NCBI GenBank assembly: GCA_016783505.1
Contig: JADHWK010000019.1
Coordinates: forward strand, 1-39,478
Reading direction: 5' to 3'
Length of the DNA stretch: 39,478 nucleotides
DNA from: Candidatus Zhuqueibacterota bacterium
GTDB lineage: Bacteria > BS750m-G25
The stretch's first letter is position 1. Each line of letters begins with the position of its first letter. Positions 36,894-39,478 of this stretch are shown here, in pieces. Below the pieces are notes generated by a model. It made no database searches. It was not told the origin of the DNA and was given only the letters and a program-made list of their open reading frames with translations. Both the position numbers and the translations under genes were made by a program.

Positions 36894-39059
36894 TCACATC
36901 ATACCACTTCTTTTCCTTATAAACCATTCCAAAGAGAGGAGAAGGATAAACCCGGCCAGAAGAACCCATCGGTTCCAAATCTCGATTTCCTTCTCCTGTG
37001 TCAAAATCCTCGACGGCAGTTTCAGGTCGGCTACCAGTTGATTCACATCCGCCAGATCGTAATACTTACCCCCAGTATTTTCTGAAATACGTTGCAATAG
37101 TCCCTTTTCCATCCTGATGTTCAAAAACTCGATGTTGTATTCCTCGACTGAAAATTTACCCGTCCTCTCCTCGATAACCCGCTCTCCAACCAAAGCCCGT
37201 GCTAAAAAGGTATAGTCCCCCTTTTCCAAAAGCCTGAGCTCACCCCCATACCGTCCGCTTCCCAAACCCACCAGATCGAGCTCGGGGCTATCGGGAATAC
37301 TGATCCTCACTTCAGCACCATCCTGGGGCCGGTAATCAGCTGTATACACCTGAGCGCTGAACAAAATATTCTCCCCACTCTGATATACCGACTTGCTGGT
37401 CGCCACCCTAAGCCTTCCGCTCTTCTCTTCGGTCACTAACCACCGAATAGCCCCATCCCAGAGATTTTGATATAACTCATTGGTCTTGCCAACCCCCCAC
37501 AGGAAAAAATCCCACCGCCAGAGCCCATAAGTCAACACCGCCAATGCCTTACGTCCCTTTGTCACGGAACTAACCATTACCGGATTTTTTTTCCTTATAC
37601 TCCCCCCCTTGGAAACGGTTTCCGCTAAAACCTCACTCCCTTCCCGGGGTTCAAATGAGCCCGGCCATGAATATATCGGGGGCAAATCAGCCCATTTCCC
37701 CCGTTCGATCCCGTCCTTCCCCATCAGCATCACGATGGAGCTGGCCTCGTCTTCAGGGCTTAGGTTCACATACACGCTTAGTTCCTTCCCCTTTCGGCCC
37801 AGCGTCTGAAAGGGTAAAATCGCACCCAGATCGGCTAATTTCTTAATATCCGTTTGAGGTCCTAATAGAAACAGTAGGGGACTTTTGCCCTTTTTAAGAA
37901 ACTGAACCAATTTTCGCCAAACACGACGATCCGAATAAGAACAGGGATAATTCTGTAAAATCAAGCAATCGTACTGGGGAACATCCCCTTCCATTGTAAG
38001 GGATAATGGGGGATGGAAACGCCCTTGGCGATCCTGAAGGGCCACCCTAAGCTCTACATCTTTGTTTCTCCCCAGGGCCCGTTTCAAAAAGCGGAAGTCC
38101 TGACCAGGGTTGCCGGATATCAAAAGAACCCTTTTCTTGCTCTTCAGCACGGTGACGATAAACTCCTTTCGATTATTTTTGTCCGTCAATTCGTCTTTGA
38201 ATGGGGCCACCTGTACCGAATATTTCATCTGTCCTACTTCGTGGGGTTGAAAGGAAAGGGATACTTTTTTCTCCAAAAGGTCATCAGGCAGGGTTACCCA
38301 CTTGGATTCCAGGATTTTTACCCCTTCGGAAAGGGAGACTGTTACTTTTTCCCCACCGTAGCCCACACCGGTCAGGGTGACATCCACCCATAGGGTTACC
38401 CCCTGATAGGTGATTTCGTTGGTCTCCACTTTGACCAGGAAGACATCCTTCTGGAGGGCGGTATCCCCTACCCCGAGGCTGAATATGGGCACCGCCACCA
38501 TCTGGCTATATTGTACCGGGTCCTCACCCAGATTATGGGCTCCATCGCTGACCAAGATCACCCCCTGGAAGTTGTCCTCGGCCATCTCCCGGACCGCCAG
38601 CTCCAGGGCCTTCTTCAGATCACTGCCTACCCTGGAAAAATGAACATCCCCCCCTTTTTCCAGGTCCAGTTCCCCCAGATTATCGGAAAATTGAAACCCT
38701 TTGAGAGTAACCTTCTCCCTTAATGCGGCGAGGCTTTGGCTCTGCAAAAACTCACGCACCACCTGGGGACGATTTACCCCCCGATCCGCCAGACCCATAC
38801 TGGCCGAGGTATCCACCAGGAGTGCCACCGCCGGTTTTTCTCCCCTCTGAATCTGCCAGCCCACCACCGGTTCAAAGAGAATCCATACTGCCAGGAGGAA
38901 GGCTAAGCCCCTCAGGACCCTGAGCACATTCCTTCGCCCGGGGGAAACGGGGGGGGTTGTATAGCGGTAATAGAAAAAAGAAAATCCCACCGCCAGCACC
39001 ATCAGCAGGATAAGTAGCCACCAGTTTCCCCTTAAAATTACATTGATCCCCTCGATCAT
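36894..39059 (-). CDS. Membrane-anchored vWA-domain protein
   Basis: N-terminal TMs, MIDAS motif DTSASM, SDGAHN, and C-terminal EWFIRKRSG. Confidence 0.88.
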   Translation of the reverse strand: MIEGINVILRGNWWLLILLMVLAVGFSFFYYRYTTPPVSPGRRNVLRVLRGLAFLLAVWILFEPVVGWQIQRGEKPAVALLVDTSASMGLADRGVNRPQVVREFLQSQSLAALREKVTLKGFQFSDNLGELDLEKGGDVHFSRVGSDLKKALELAVREMAEDNFQGVILVSDGAHNLGEDPVQYSQMVAVPIFSLGVGDTALQKDVFLVKVETNEITYQGVTLWVDVTLTGVGYGGEKVTVSLSEGVKILESKWVTLPDDLLEKKVSLSFQPHEVGQMKYSVQVAPFKDELTDKNNRKEFIVTVLKSKKRVLLISGNPGQDFRFLKRALGRNKDVELRVALQDRQGRFHPPLSLTMEGDVPQYDCLILQNYPCSYSDRRVWRKLVQFLKKGKSPLLFLLGPQTDIKKLADLGAILPFQTLGRKGKELSVYVNLSPEDEASSIVMLMGKDGIERGKWADLPPIYSWPGSFEPREGSEVLAETVSKGGSIRKKNPVMVSSVTKGRKALAVLTYGLWRWDFFLWGVGKTNELYQNLWDGAIRWLVTEEKSGRLRVATSKSVYQSGENILFSAQVYTADYRPQDGAEVRISIPDSPELDLVGLGSGRYGGELRLLEKGDYTFLARALVGERVIEERTGKFSVEEYNIEFLNIRMEKGLLQRISENTGGKYYDLADVNQLVADLKLPSRILTQEKEIEIWNRWVLLAGFILLLSLEWFIRKRSGMM

Positions 39060-39114
39060 AAATACCTAAGACGTTAGCACGAATTCAATTTATGATTTTA
39101 TGCCAATCCAAGCA

Positions 39115-39215
39115 GCTCGTCGGGGAAGTTGTCTTCCCCGACAAAACCATTGCCCTAAATTCCCGATGGATAGCGTGGTTACGGTTTCCGGCGGATGACA
39201 ACATCCGCCGGGAGC
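39115..39215. repeat. Inverted REP-like doublet
   Basis: GCTC-GTCGGGGAA-GTTGTC-TTCCCCGAC-AAAACC, and its inverted partner GCTC-CCGGCGGAT-GTTGTC-ATCCGCCGG-AAACC. Confidence 0.75.
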
Positions 39216-39356
39216 ATAGTACAAAGAAATGGTGGGGAAACAAACGCCCATCCCCTCTGCCCCGCTGCTCCTCCGCCCCTCTGCTATTTCTCGGATACAA
39301 CTCGTATCCGATCAACCTGAAATCCTAAATCATTATACCTAACTTCAATCTATAAT

Positions 39357-39478
39357 TTATGCCAATCCCAAACTGGGATCCGCCTCAAGATCAAGGCCTG
39401 AACGTTCCCCCCGTTTAAGTCGCATCCATCCAGCCCAGGCGATCATGGCCCCATTGTCGGTGCAGAACCTCTCCTCCG
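39357..39478 (-). CDS. tsaD: tRNA N6-threonylcarbamoyltransferase, 3' end (5' part outside the window)
   Basis: Hand translation [43 protein letters not shown](G/A)AMIA is the TsaD signature. Confidence 0.9.
   Translation of the reverse strand, partial: EERFCTDNGAMIAWAGWMRLKRGERSGLDLEADPSLGLA

Noticed and set aside
39085-39328. 76-aa and 78-aa ORFs between tsaD and the vWA gene
   Set aside because: They run through REP hairpins and microrepeats and show no protein-like features.

Overview
39.5-kb window of a bacterial chromosome, most likely from the FCB superphylum (e.g. KSB1/Calditrichota/Marinimicrobia-like). That placement is inferred from several T9SS-type C-terminal sorting domains (CTDs) and a PorT-like barrel. 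Almost all genes are on the minus strand. The left arm is housekeeping: transaldolase/fsa, a REP-flanked IS200/IS605-type TnpA (RAYT-like), truA, ecfT, an OPT transporter, a class V aminotransferase, metH, a bactofilin, a PAP2 phosphatase and a lamin-tail protein. The right arm has a bactofilin, a tricorn protease, a vWA protein and the 3' end of tsaD. Between them (~14.96-31.74 kb) lies the most interesting part: a co-oriented, cassette-like array of mostly secreted or surface genes, joined by reused terminator-promoter junction modules (one hairpin 5 times, another twice, plus a ~115-bp direct repeat containing an IS3-like end). The array also holds an orphan T9SS-CTD pseudogene, a truncated gene start, three paralogous Tyr/Arg/Lys-rich ~130-aa repeat proteins (two carrying an outward promoter), a candidate small RNA, a GC-chimeric gene, and an LVIVD propeller whose near-identical 126-bp repeats vary mainly at about 5 codons. 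No recombinase for the array is in the window, so its assembly mechanism is inference.
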